From assembly GCF_009914755.1 (NCBI RefSeq), contig NC_060948.1: 64,000 nt of DNA; one strand, 5' to 3'. The stretch is from the human T2T-CHM13v2.0 reference genome, Homo sapiens. The notes beneath the pieces were generated by a model that saw only the letters and a program-made list of their open reading frames with translations, was not told where the DNA came from and searched no databases. A program made the position numbers and the translations under genes. The first letter of the stretch is position 1. Each line of letters begins with the position of its first letter. Below, piece after piece: positions 1-12,062 of the stretch.

Positions 1-1400
1 AGTGTTATGGAACGGACTCAAAAGGAATTGAATGTAATAGAATGGAGTGGAGTGGACTCGAATATAATGGACTGGAATGGAATGAAATCACATGGAATGG
101 GAACGAATGGAATGGAATGGAAAGGAATGGAATCGAATGGAAAGGAATCGAATGGAAGGGAATGAAATTGAATCAACAGGAATGGAAGGGAATAGAATAG
201 ACGGTAATGGAATGGACTCGAATAGAATGGACACGAATGCTCAAATTGAATGGATTCGAATGGAATGGAAACGAAAGGAATGTCATCGAATGGAATTGAA
301 TCGATTGGAATGAAATCGCATAGAATGGAGTGGAATCAAATGGAATTGAATCGAAAGGAAAGGAAGCGAATGGACTGAAATGAAATGGAATGGAATTGAA
401 TGGAAAGTAATGCAATGGAATAGAATGGAACGAAATTTCACGGAATGGAATCAAACTGAATGGAATCAAATCAATGGAATCTAATCAAATGGAATGGAAA
501 GGAATTGAATGGAGTAGATTGGATTGGATGGGATTGGAATGAAATGTACTGGAAAGGACTCGAATTTCATGAAACGGAATGGAATGAATTGGAACGGAAT
601 GGACTCGAATGGAATGGAATGTCATGGAATGGCATCGAATGGAATGGCATCAAATGGAATGGAATCGAATGCAATGGAATGTTATGGAATGGAATGGAAT
701 GCATTGGAATGGAATGTCCTCTAATGGAATGGATTCGAGTGGAATGGAATCGAATATAATGGAGTCGAATGAAATGGAATTGAAAGGAATGGGATCGAAT
801 AGAATGGAATATACTGGAATGTAATGTAATGAACACGAATGTAATTGACTGGAATGGAATGTACATGAATGGAAGGTAATCGAATGGAAAGTAATCCAAT
901 GGAATAGAATCTAATGCAATAAAACCGAATCAGATAGAGTAGAATGTAATGGAATGGAGTGCAGTGCAATGGAATGGAATGGAATTGAATGCAATGGAAT
1001 GGAATGGAATGGAATGGAATGGAATGGAATGGAATGGAATGGAATGGTATGGAATGGATAGTAATGGACTGGAGTGAAATGGACTGGAAAGGAATGGACT
1101 CAAATTGAAAGGGCTCGAAAGGAATGGAGTCAAATGGAATGGTCTGGAATGGAATGAACACGAATGAAATGCAATCCAATAGAATGGAATCGAATGGCAT
1201 GGAATATAAAGAAATGGAATCGAAGAGAATGGAAACAAATGGAATGGAATTGAATGGAATGGAATTGAATGGAATGGGAACGAATGGAGTGAAATTGTAT
1301 GCAGTAGAAGGGAATAGAATGGAATGCAAGCGAAAGGAAAGGAATGGATTGGAATGGAATGGAATTCATTGGAATGGAAGGGAATGTAGTGTAATGGACA
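1..1400. repeat. Partial DYZ1 monomer (A haplotype)
   Basis: Runs to the first GGCC at 1401; A markers CTAATC (481) and ACCGAATCAG (924). Confidence 0.9.
996..1045 (+). repeat. Pure (GGAAT)10 tract, the hypervariable segment of the unit
   Basis: Ten perfect GGAAT between GCAAT and GGTAT; the homologous tract varies from 4 to 10 copies among units. Confidence 0.9.
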
Positions 1401-1780
1401 GGCCTGGAATAAAGTGGAATGCTACGGTCTCGAATGGAATAAAAATGTATGGAATGGAATGCAATGAAACGGAATCGAATGTCATAGAATGTAATGGAAT
1501 GCAACAAAATGGAATCCAAAATCATTGACTGGAAAGGCTGGGTGTCGAAAGGAATTGACTCCAATGGAATGGAATAGAATGGAATGGAAGTGAATAGAAT
1601 CGAACTAAATCGAATGGAATGGAATTGATAGGAACGGAATGGAAAGGAATGCAATGATTTGGCATGGAATGGAATCGAATGGCATCGAATGGAATGGAAT
1701 GGAATGGAATGCAATGGAATGGAATGTATTAGAATGTAATGAACTTTAATGGAATGTACTCGAATGGATTCGACTGGAAT

Positions 1781-1795
1781 GGAATGTTCTGGAAG
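1781..1795. promoter_or_regulatory. Perfect heat-shock element HSE1 (gGAAtgTTCtgGAAg); same motif at 5340, 8904, 12438, 16002, 21684, 25258, 28802, 32381, 35960, 39544, 43128, 46692, 49363, 52876, 56389, 59045, 62593
   Basis: Exact match to the HSF consensus nGAAnnTTCnnGAAn; binding is inferred, not shown. Confidence 0.6.
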
Positions 1796-2060
1796 TGAAT
1801 GGACTCCAATGGAATGGATTCAAAAGGAATGGAATTGTACGGAATGGAATCTAATGGAATGGAATTAAATGGAAATGAATCAAATTGAATAGCACGGAAT
1901 TGAATTGAATGGAATGGAATGCAATGGAATCTAATGAAACGGAAAGGAAAGGAATGGAATGGAATGGAATGGGCTGGAATGGAAAGGAATCGAAACGAAT
2001 GGAATGGAATCGAACTGAAGAGACTGGAATGGAATGCACTGGAATGGAAGGGAGTGTAAT

Positions 2061-2075
2061 GGAAGGTTCTCGAAA
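2061..2075. promoter_or_regulatory. Perfect heat-shock element HSE2 (gGAAggTTCtcGAAa); polymorphic between units
   Basis: Consensus match; intact in 11 copies, TTC>TTG in 7. Confidence 0.55.
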
Positions 2076-4964
2076 AAAATGGAATCGAATGGAATGGAAT
2101 TGAATGGAACGGAATAGAGTCGAATGGAATTGAATGGAATGGAATGGACTAGAGTGAAATGGAATCGAACCACAAGGAATGGACAGGAATAGAATGGTCT
2201 CGAATTGAATGGAATCGTATGGAATGGCATCAAACGGAATGGAATGGACAGCCACGGAATGGAATGCACTCGAATGCAATGGAGTCGAAACTAATGGACT
2301 GGAATAGAATGGACTCGACTGGTACGGACTCCAATGGAATGGAATCGAATGGAAGGGAATCGAACGGAATGGACTCGAAGGGAAAAGACTGCAATGGAAA
2401 GGTCTCGAATGGAATGGAAATTAATGGAATGGAATGGAATCGAATGAAATGGAGTCAAAAGGAATGGAATCGAATGGCAAGAAATCGAATGTAATGGAAT
2501 CGCAAGGAATTGATGTGAACGGAACGGAATGGAATGGAATCCAAAGGAATGGAATAGAATGGAATGGAATCGAATGGAAAGGACTCGAATGGAAATCACT
2601 CGAATAGAATGCAATTTAATAAAATAGGATCAAATGTAATGGAATGGAATGGAGAGGAATCGAAACGAAAGGAATGGAGACAGTTGGAATGGAATAGAAC
2701 AGCGAGCAATGGTATAGAATGGAATGGAATCATCTGGAATGGAATTGAATGGAATGGAATAATATGAAATGGAATGGAATGGAATGGAATGGAATGCCCT
2801 TGAATTAAATGGACTGGAATGGAATGGACTCGAACAGAGTGGAATGGAAAGTGTTGAGATAGAATGGAATGGACTCCTTTGGAATGGTGTAGTATGCAAT
2901 GCAATCGACTGGCAGAGAATCAAATGGAATGTAATCGAATGGATTGGACTGGAATGCAATGGACTCGAATAGATTGCAAACGGAATGCAAAGGAATGGAA
3001 TGGAATAGTATGGAATGGAATGGAAAGGAATGGAGTGGAATAGACTAGAGTGGAATGGAATGGACTGGAAAGCAATGGACTGGAATGGATCTTTCTTGAA
3101 TGGACTGGAATCAAACGGAATGGAATGCAATGCAATCAAATGGCATGGAATAAAATAGAATGAAAGAGAATCAAATGGAATTGAATCGAATGGAATCGAA
3201 TGGATTGGAAAGGAATAGAATGGAATGGAATGGAATTGACTCAAATGGAATGGACTAGAATGGAATGGATTCGAATGGAAGGCAAAGGAATGGAATCTAT
3301 TGGAATGGACTGTAATGGAATGGAATGGAAGGGATTGGAATGGACTCGAATGGAATGGACTGCAATAGAAAGGATTCGAATGGAATGAAAAAGAATTGAA
3401 TGGAATAGAACAGAATGGAATCAAATCGAATGAAATGGAATGGAATAGAAAGGAATGGAATGAAATGGAATGGAAAGGATTCGAATGGAATGCAATCGAA
3501 TGGAATGGAATCGAACGGAATGGAATAAAATGGAAGAAAACTGGCAAGAAATGGAATCGAAATGAATGGAGTGTTATGGAACGGACTCAAAAGGAATTGA
3601 ATGTAATAGAATGGAGTGGAGTGGACTCGAATATAATGGACTGGAATGGAATGAAATCACATGGAATGGGAACGAATGGAATGGAATGGAAAGGAATGGA
3701 ATCGAATGGAAAGGAATCGAATGGAAGGGAATGAAATTGAATCAACAGGAATGGAAGGGAATAGAATAGACGGTAATGGAATGGACTCGAATAGAATGGA
3801 CACGAATGCTCAAATTGAATGGACTCGAATGGAATGGAAACGAAAGGAATGTCATCGAATGGAATTGAATCGATTGGAATGAAATCGCATAGAATGGAGT
3901 GGAATCAAATGGAATTGAATCGAAAGGAAAGGAAGCGAATGGACTGAAATGAAATGGAATGGAATTGAATGGAAAGTAATGCAATGGAATAGAATGGAAC
4001 GAAATTTCACGGAATGGAATCAAACTGAATGGAATCAAATCAATGGAATCAAATCAAATGGAATGGAAAGGAATTGAATGGAGTAGATTGGATTGGTTGG
4101 GATTGGAATGAAATGTACTGGAAAGGACTCGAATTTCATGAAACGGAATGGAATGAATTGGAACGGAATGGACTCGAATGGAATGGAATGTCATGGAATG
4201 GCATCAAATGGAATGGCATCAAATGGAATGGAATCGAATGCAATGGAATGCTATGGAATGGAATGGAATGCATTGGAATGGAATGTCCTCTAATGGAATG
4301 GATTCGAGTGGAATGGAATCGAATATAATGGAGTCGAATGAAATGGAATTGAAAGGAATGGGATCGAATACAATGGAATATACTGGAATGTAATGTAATG
4401 AACTCGAATGTAATTGACTGGAATGGAATGTACGTGAATGGAATATAATCGAATGGAAAGTAATCCAATGGAATAGAATCTAATGCAATAAAATCGACTC
4501 AGATAGAGTAGAATGTAATGGAAAGGAGTGCAGTGCAATGGAATGGAATGGAATGGAATGCAATTGAATGGAATGGAATGGAATGGAATGGAATGTAATG
4601 GGATGGAATGGTATGGAATGGATAGTAATGGACTGGAGTGAAATGGACTGGAAAGGAATATACTCAAATTGAAAGGGCTCGAAAGGAATGGAGTCAAATG
4701 GAATGGTCTGGAATGGAATGAACACGAATGTAATGCAATCCAATAGAATGGAATCGAATGGCATGGAATATAAAGAAATGGAATCGGAGAGAATGGAAAC
4801 AAATGGAATGGAAATGAATGGAATGGAATTGAATGGAATGGGAACGAATGGAGTGAAATTGTATGCAGTAGAAGGGAATAGAATGGAATGCAAGCGAAAG
4901 GAAAGGAATGGATTGGAATGGAATGGAATTCATTGGAATGGAAGGGAATGTAGTGTAATGGACA

Positions 4965-7900
4965 GGCCTGGAATAAAGTGGAATGCTACGGTCTCGAATG
5001 GAATAAAAATGTATGGAATGGAATGCAATGAAATGGAATCGAATGTCATAGAATGTAATGGAATGCAACAAAATGGAATCCAATATCATTGACTGGAAAG
5101 GCTGGGTGTCGAAAGGAATTGACTCCAATGGAATGGAATCGAATGGAATGGAAGTGAATAGAATCGAACTAAATCGAATGGAATGGAATTGATAGGAACG
5201 GAATGGAAAGGAATGCAATGATTTGGCATGGAATGGAATCGAATGGCATCGAATGGAATGGAATGGAATGCAATGGAATGGAATGTATTAGAATGTAATG
5301 AACTTTAATGGAATGTACTCGAATGGATTCGACTGGAATGGAATGTTCTGGAAGTGAATGGACTCCAATGGAATGGATTCAAAAGGAATGGAATCGTACG
5401 GAATGGAATCTAATGGAATGGAATTAAATGGAAATGAATCAAATTGAATAGCACGGAATTGAATTGAATGGAATGGAATGCAATGGAATCTAATGAAACG
5501 GAAAGGAAAGGAATGGAATGGAATGGAATGGGCTGGAATGGAAAGGAATCGAAACGAATGGAATGGAATCGAACTGAAGAGACTGGAATGGAATGCACTG
5601 GAATGGAAGGGAGTGTAATGGAAGGTTCTCGAAAAAAATGGAATCGAATGGAATGGAATTGAATGGAACGGAATAGAGTCGAATGGAATTGAATGGAATG
5701 GAATGGACTAGAGTGAAATGGAATCGAACCACAAGGAATGGAGATGAATAGAATGGTCTCGAATTGAATGGAATCGTATGGAATGGCATCAAACGGAATG
5801 GAATGGACAGCCACGGAATGGAATGCACTCGAATGCAATGGAGTCGAAACTAATGGACTGGAATAGAATGGACTCGACTGGTACGGACTCCAATGGAATG
5901 GAATCGAATGGAAGGGAATCGAACGGAATGGACTCGAAGGGAAAAGACTGCAATGGAAAGGTCTCGAATGGAATGGAAATTAATGGAATGGAATGGAATC
6001 GAATGAAATGGAGTCAAAAGGAATGGAATCGAATGGCAAGAAATCGAATGTAATGGAATCGCAAGGAATTGATGTGAACGGAACGGAATGGAATGGAATC
6101 CAAAGGAATGGAATAGAATGGAATGGAATCGAATGGAAAGGACTCGAATGGAAATCACTCGAATAGAATGCAATTTAATAAAATAGGATCAAATGTAATG
6201 GAATGGAATGGAAAGGAATCGAAACGAAAGGAATGGAGACAGATGGAATGGAATGGAACAGAGAGCAATGGTATAGAATGGAATGGAATCATCTGGAATG
6301 GAATTGAATGGAATGGAATAATATGAAATGGAATGGAATGGAATGGAATGGAATGGAATGCCCTTGAATTAAATGGACTGGAATGGAATGGACTCGAACA
6401 GAGTGGAATGGAAAGTGTTGAGATAGAATGGAATGGACTCCTTTGGAATGGTCTAGTATGCAATGCAATCGACTGTCAGGGAATCAAAAGGAATGTAATC
6501 GAATGGATTGGACTGGAATGCAATGGACTCGAATAGATTGGAAACGGAATGCAAAGGAATGGAATGGAATAGTATGGAATGGAATGGAAAGGAATGGAGT
6601 GGAATAGACTAGAGTGGAATGGAATGGACTGGAAAGCAATGGACTGGAATGGAACTTTCTTGAATGGACTGGAATCAAACGGAATGGAATGCAATGCAAT
6701 CAAATGGCATGGAATAAAATAGAATGAAAGAGAATCAAATGGAATTGAATCGAATGGAATCGAATGGATTGTAAAGGAATAGAATGGAATGGAATGGAAT
6801 TGACTCAAATGGAATGGACTAGAATGGAATGGATTCGAATGGAAGGCAAAGGAATGGAATCTATTGGAATGGACTGTAATGGAATGGAATGGAAGGGATT
6901 GGAATGGACTCGAATGGAATGGACTGCAATAGAAAGGATTCGAATGGAATGAAAAAGAATTGAATGGAATAGAACAGAATGGAATCAAATCGAATGAAAT
7001 GGAATGGAATAGAAAGGAATGGAATGAAATGGAATGGAAAGGATTCGAATGGAATGCAATCGAATGGAATGGAATCGAACGGAATGGAATAAAATGGAAG
7101 AAAACTGGCAAGAAATGGAATCGAAATGAATGGAGTGTTATGGAACGGACTCAAAAGGAATTGAATGTAATAGAATGGAGTGGAGTGGACTCGAATATAA
7201 TGGACTGGAATGGAATGAAATCACATGGAATGGGAACGAATGGAATGGAATGGAAAGGAATGGAATCGAATGGAAAGGAATCGAATGGAAGGGAATGAAA
7301 TTGAATCAACAGGAATGGAAGGGAATAGAATAGACGGTAATGGAATGGACTCGAATAGAATGGACACGAATGCTCAAATTGAATGGATTCGAATGGAATG
7401 GAAACGAAAGGAATGTCATCGAATGGAATTGAATCGATTGGAATGAAATCGCATAGAATGGAGTGGAATCAAATGGAATTGAATCGAAAGGAAAGGAAGC
7501 GAATGGACTGAAATGAAATGGAATGGAATTGAATGGAAAGTAATGCAATGGAATAGAATGGAACGAAATTTCACGGAATGGAATCAAACTGAATGGAATC
7601 AAATCAATGGAATCTAATCAAATGGAATGGAAAGGAATTGAATGGAGTAGATTGGATTGGATGGGATTGGAATGAAATGTACTGGAAAGGACTCGAATTT
7701 CATGAAACGGAATGGAATGAATTGGAACGGAATGGACTCGAATGGAATGGAATGTCATGGAATGGCATCGAATGGAATGGCATCAAATGGAATGGAATCG
7801 AATGCAATGGAATGTTATGGAATGGAATGGAATGCATTGGAATGGAATGTCCTCTAATGGAATGGATTCGAGTGGAATGGAATCGAATATAATGGAGTCG

Positions 7901-8528
7901 AATGAAATGGAATTGAAAGGAATGGGATCGAATAGAATGGAATATACTGGAATGTAATGTAATGAACACGAATGTAATTGACTGGAATGGAATGTACATG
8001 AATGGAAGGTAATCGAATGGAAAGTAATCCAATGGAATAGAATCTAATGCAATAAAACCGAATCAGATAGAGTAGAATGTAATGGAATGGAGTGCAGTGC
8101 AATGGAATGGAATGGAATTGAATGCAATGGAATGGAATGGAATGGAATGGAATGGAATGGAATGGAATGGAATGGTATGGAATGGATAGTAATGGACTGG
8201 AGTGAAATGGACTGGAAAGGAATGGACTCAAATTGAAAGGGCTCGAAAGGAATGGAGTCAAATGGAATGGTCTGGAATGGAATGAACACGAATGTAATGC
8301 AATCCAATAGAATGGAATCGAATGGCATGGAATATAAAGAAATGGAATCGAAGAGAATGGAAACAAATGGAATGGAATTGAATGGAATGGAATTGAATGG
8401 AATGGGAACGAATGGAGTGAAATTGTATGAAGTAGAAGGGAATAGAATGGAATGCAAGCGAAAGGAAAGGAATGGATTGGAATGGAATGGAATTCATTGG
8501 AATGGAAGGGAATGTAGTGTAATGGACA
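4965..8528. repeat. DYZ1 monomer 2 (3564 bp, A)
   Basis: HaeIII-to-HaeIII interval. Confidence 0.9.
6651..6665. promoter_or_regulatory. Perfect heat-shock element HSE3 (gGAActTTCttGAAt); also intact at 44449, 50654, 54167, 60336
   Basis: Consensus match; most other copies read TTCTTGGAT. Confidence 0.5.
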
Positions 8529-11500
8529 GGCCTGGAATAAAGTGGAATGCTACGGTCTCGAATGGAATAAAAATGTATGGAATGGAATGCAATGAAACGG
8601 AATCGAATGTCATAGAATGTAATGGAATGCAACACAATGGAATCCAAAATCATTGACTGGAAAGGCTGGGTGTCGAAAGGAATTGACTCCAATGGAATGG
8701 AATCGAATGGAATGGAAGTGAATAGAATCGAACTAAATCGAATGGAATGGAATTGATAGGAACGGAATGGAAAGGAATGCAATGATTTGGCATGGAATGG
8801 AATCGAATGGCATCGAATGGAATGGAATGGAATGCAATGGAATGGAATGTATTAGAATGTAATGAACTTTAATGGAATGTACTCGAATGGATTCGACTGG
8901 AATGGAATGTTCTGGAAGTGAATGGACTCCAATGGAATGGATTCAAAAGGAATGGAATCGTACGGAATGGAATCTAATGGAATGGAATTAAATGGAAATG
9001 AATCAAATTGAATAGCACGGAATTGAATTGAATGGAATGGAATGCAATGGAATCTAATGAAACGGAAAGGAAAGGAATGGAATGGAATGGAATGGGCTGG
9101 AATGGAAAGGAATCGAAACGAATGGAATGGAATCGAACTGAAGAGACTGGAATGGAATGCACTGGAATGGAAGGGAGTGTAATGGAAGGTTCTCGAAAAT
9201 AATGGAATCGAATGGAATGGAATTGAATGGAACGGAATAGAGTCGAATGGAATTGAATGGAATGGAATGGACTAGAGTGAAATGGAATCGAACCACAAGG
9301 AATGGACAGGAATAGAATGGTCTCGAATTGAATGGAACCGTATGGAATGGCATCAAACGGAATGGAATGGACAGCCACGGAATGGAATGCACTCGAATGC
9401 AATGGAGTCGAAACTAATGGACTGGAATAGAATGGACTCGACTGGTACGGACTCCAATGGAATGGAATCGAATGGAAGGGAATCGAACGGAATGGACTCG
9501 AAGGGAAAAGACTGCAATGGAAAGGTCTCGAATGGAATGGAAATTAATGGAATGGAATGGAATCGAATGAAATGGAGTCAAAAGGAATGGAATCGAATGG
9601 CAAGAAATCGAATGTAATGGAATCGCAAGGAATTGATGTGAACGGAACGGAATGGAATGGAATCCAAAGGAATGGAATAGAATGGAATGGAATCGAATGG
9701 AAAGGACTCGAATGGAAATCACTCGAATAGAATGCAATTTAATAAAATAGGATCAAATGTAATGGAATGGAATGGAAAGGAATCGAAACGAAAGGAATGG
9801 AGACAGATGGAATGGAATGGAACAGAGAGCAATGGTATAGAATGGAATGGAATCATCTGGAATGGAATTGAATGGAATGGAATAATATGAAATGGAATGG
9901 AATGGAATGGAATGGAATGCCCTTGAATTAAATGGACTGGAATGGAATGGACTCGAACAGAGTGGAATGGAAAGTGTTGAGATAGAATGGAATGGACTCC
10001 TTTGGAATGGTCTAGTATGCAATGCAATCGACTGTCAGGGAATCAAAAGGAATGAAATCGAATGGATTGGACTGGAATGCAATGGACTCGAATAGATTGG
10101 AAACGGAATGCAAAGGAATGGAATGGAATAGTATGGAATGGAATGGAAAGGAATGGAGTGGAATAGACTAGAGTGGAATGGAATGGACTGGAAAGCAATG
10201 GACTGGAATGGAACTTTCTTGGATGGACTGGAATCAAACGGAATGGAATGCAATGCAATCAAATGGCATGGAATAAAATAGAATGAAAGAGAATCAAATG
10301 GAATTGAATCGAATGGAATCGAATGGATTGTAAAGGAATAGAATGGAATGGAATGGAATTGACTCAAATGGAATGGACTAGAATGGAATGGATTCGAATG
10401 GAAGGCAAAGGAATGGAATCTATTGGAATGGACTGTAATGGAATGGAATGGAAGGGATTGGAATGGACTCGAATGGAATGGACTGCAATAGAAAGGATTC
10501 GAATGGAATGAAAAAGAATTGAATGGAATAGAACAGAATGGAATCAAATCGAATGAAATGGAATGGAATAGAAAGGAATGGAATGAAATGGAATGGAAAG
10601 GATTCGAGTGGAATGCAATCGAATGGAATGGAATCGAACGGAATGGAATAAAATGGAAGAAAACTGGCAAGAAATGGAATCGAAATGAATGGAGTGTTAT
10701 GGAACGGACTCAAAAGGAATTGAATGTAATAGAATGGAGTGGAGTGGACTCGAATATAATGGACTGGAATGGAATGAAATCACATGGAATGGGAACGAAT
10801 GGAATGGAATGGAAAGGAATGGAATCGAATGGAAAGGAATCGAATGGAAGGGAATGAAATTGAATCAACAGGAATGGAAGGGAATAGAATAGACGGTAAT
10901 GGAATGGACTCGAATAGAATGGACACGAATGCTCAAATTGAATGGATTCGAATGGAATGGAAACGAAAGGAATGTCATCGAATGGAATTGAATCGATTGG
11001 AATGAAATCGCATAGAATGGAGTGGAATCAAATGGAATTGAATCGAAAGGAAAGGAAGCGAATGGACTGAAATGAAATGGAATGGAATTGAATGGAAAGT
11101 AATGCAATGGAATAGAATGGAACGAAATTTCACGGAATGGAATCAAACTGAATGGAATCAAATCAATGGAATCTAATCAAATGGAATGGAAAGGAATTGA
11201 ATGGAGTAGATTGGATTGGATGGGATTGGAATGAAATGTACTGGAAAGGACTCGAATTTCATGAAACGGAATGGAATGAATTGGAACGGAATGGACTCGA
11301 ATGGAATGGAATGTCATGGAATGGCATCGAATGGAATGGCATCAAATGGAATGGAATCGAATGCAATGGAATGTTATGGAATGGAATGGAATGCATTGGA
11401 ATGGAATGTCCTCTAATGGAATGGATTCGAGTGGAATGGAATCGAATATAATGGAGTCGAATGAAATGGAATTGAAAGGAATGGGATCGAATAGAATGGA

Positions 11501-12062
11501 ATATACTGGAATGTAATGTAATGAACACGAATGTAATTGACTGGAATGGAATGTACATGAATGGAAGGTAATCGAATGGAAAGTGATCCAATGGAATAGA
11601 ATCTAATGCAATAAAACCGAATCAGATAGAGTAGAATGTAATGGAATGGAGTGCAGTGCAATGGAATGGAATGGAATTGAATGCAATGGAATGGAATGGA
11701 ATGGAATGGAATGGAATGGATAGTAATGGACTGGAGTGAAATGGACTGGAAAGGAATGGACTCAAATTGAAAGGGCTCGAAAGGAATGGAGTCAAATGGA
11801 ATGGTCTGGAATGGAATGAACACGAATGTAATGCAATCCAATAGAATGGAATCGAATGGCATGGAATATAAAGAAATGGAATCGAAGAGAATGGAAACAA
11901 ATGGAATGGAATTGAATGGAATGGAATTGAATGGAATGGGAACGAATGGAGTGAAATTGTATGAAGTAGAAGGGAATAGAATGGAATGCAAGCGAAAGGA
12001 AAGGAATGGATTGGAATGGAATGGAATTCATTGGAATGGAAGGGAATGTAGTGTAATGGACA
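8529..12062. repeat. DYZ1 monomer 3 (3534 bp, A; contracted GGAAT tract)
   Basis: HaeIII interval; the tract at ~11686-11715 has lost GGTAT and is 25 bp shorter than the one at ~8129. Confidence 0.9.

Larger units (their letters stand above)
1401..4964. repeat. DYZ1 monomer 1 (3564 bp, divergent)
   Basis: GGCC 1401 to GGCC 4965; many private SNVs. Confidence 0.9.

Noticed and set aside
561-575. CGAATTTCATGAAAC as an additional HSE or palindrome
   Set aside because: GAA-to-TTC spacing is off by one, so only a two-unit match; the TTTCATGAAA palindrome is too short to be significant.
915-3530. Several AATAAA motifs per unit as possible polyadenylation signals
   Set aside because: They arise easily from GGAAT variants, and no downstream GU-rich element or transcript evidence is visible.
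1060-3560. Hints of ancient internal sub-repeats (GACT[A/G]GAGTG, GGTCTCGAAT, TGGCAAGAAAT recurring within a unit)
   Set aside because: Spacings are inconsistent and the matches are short against a pentamer background; cannot be supported without a masked self-alignment.
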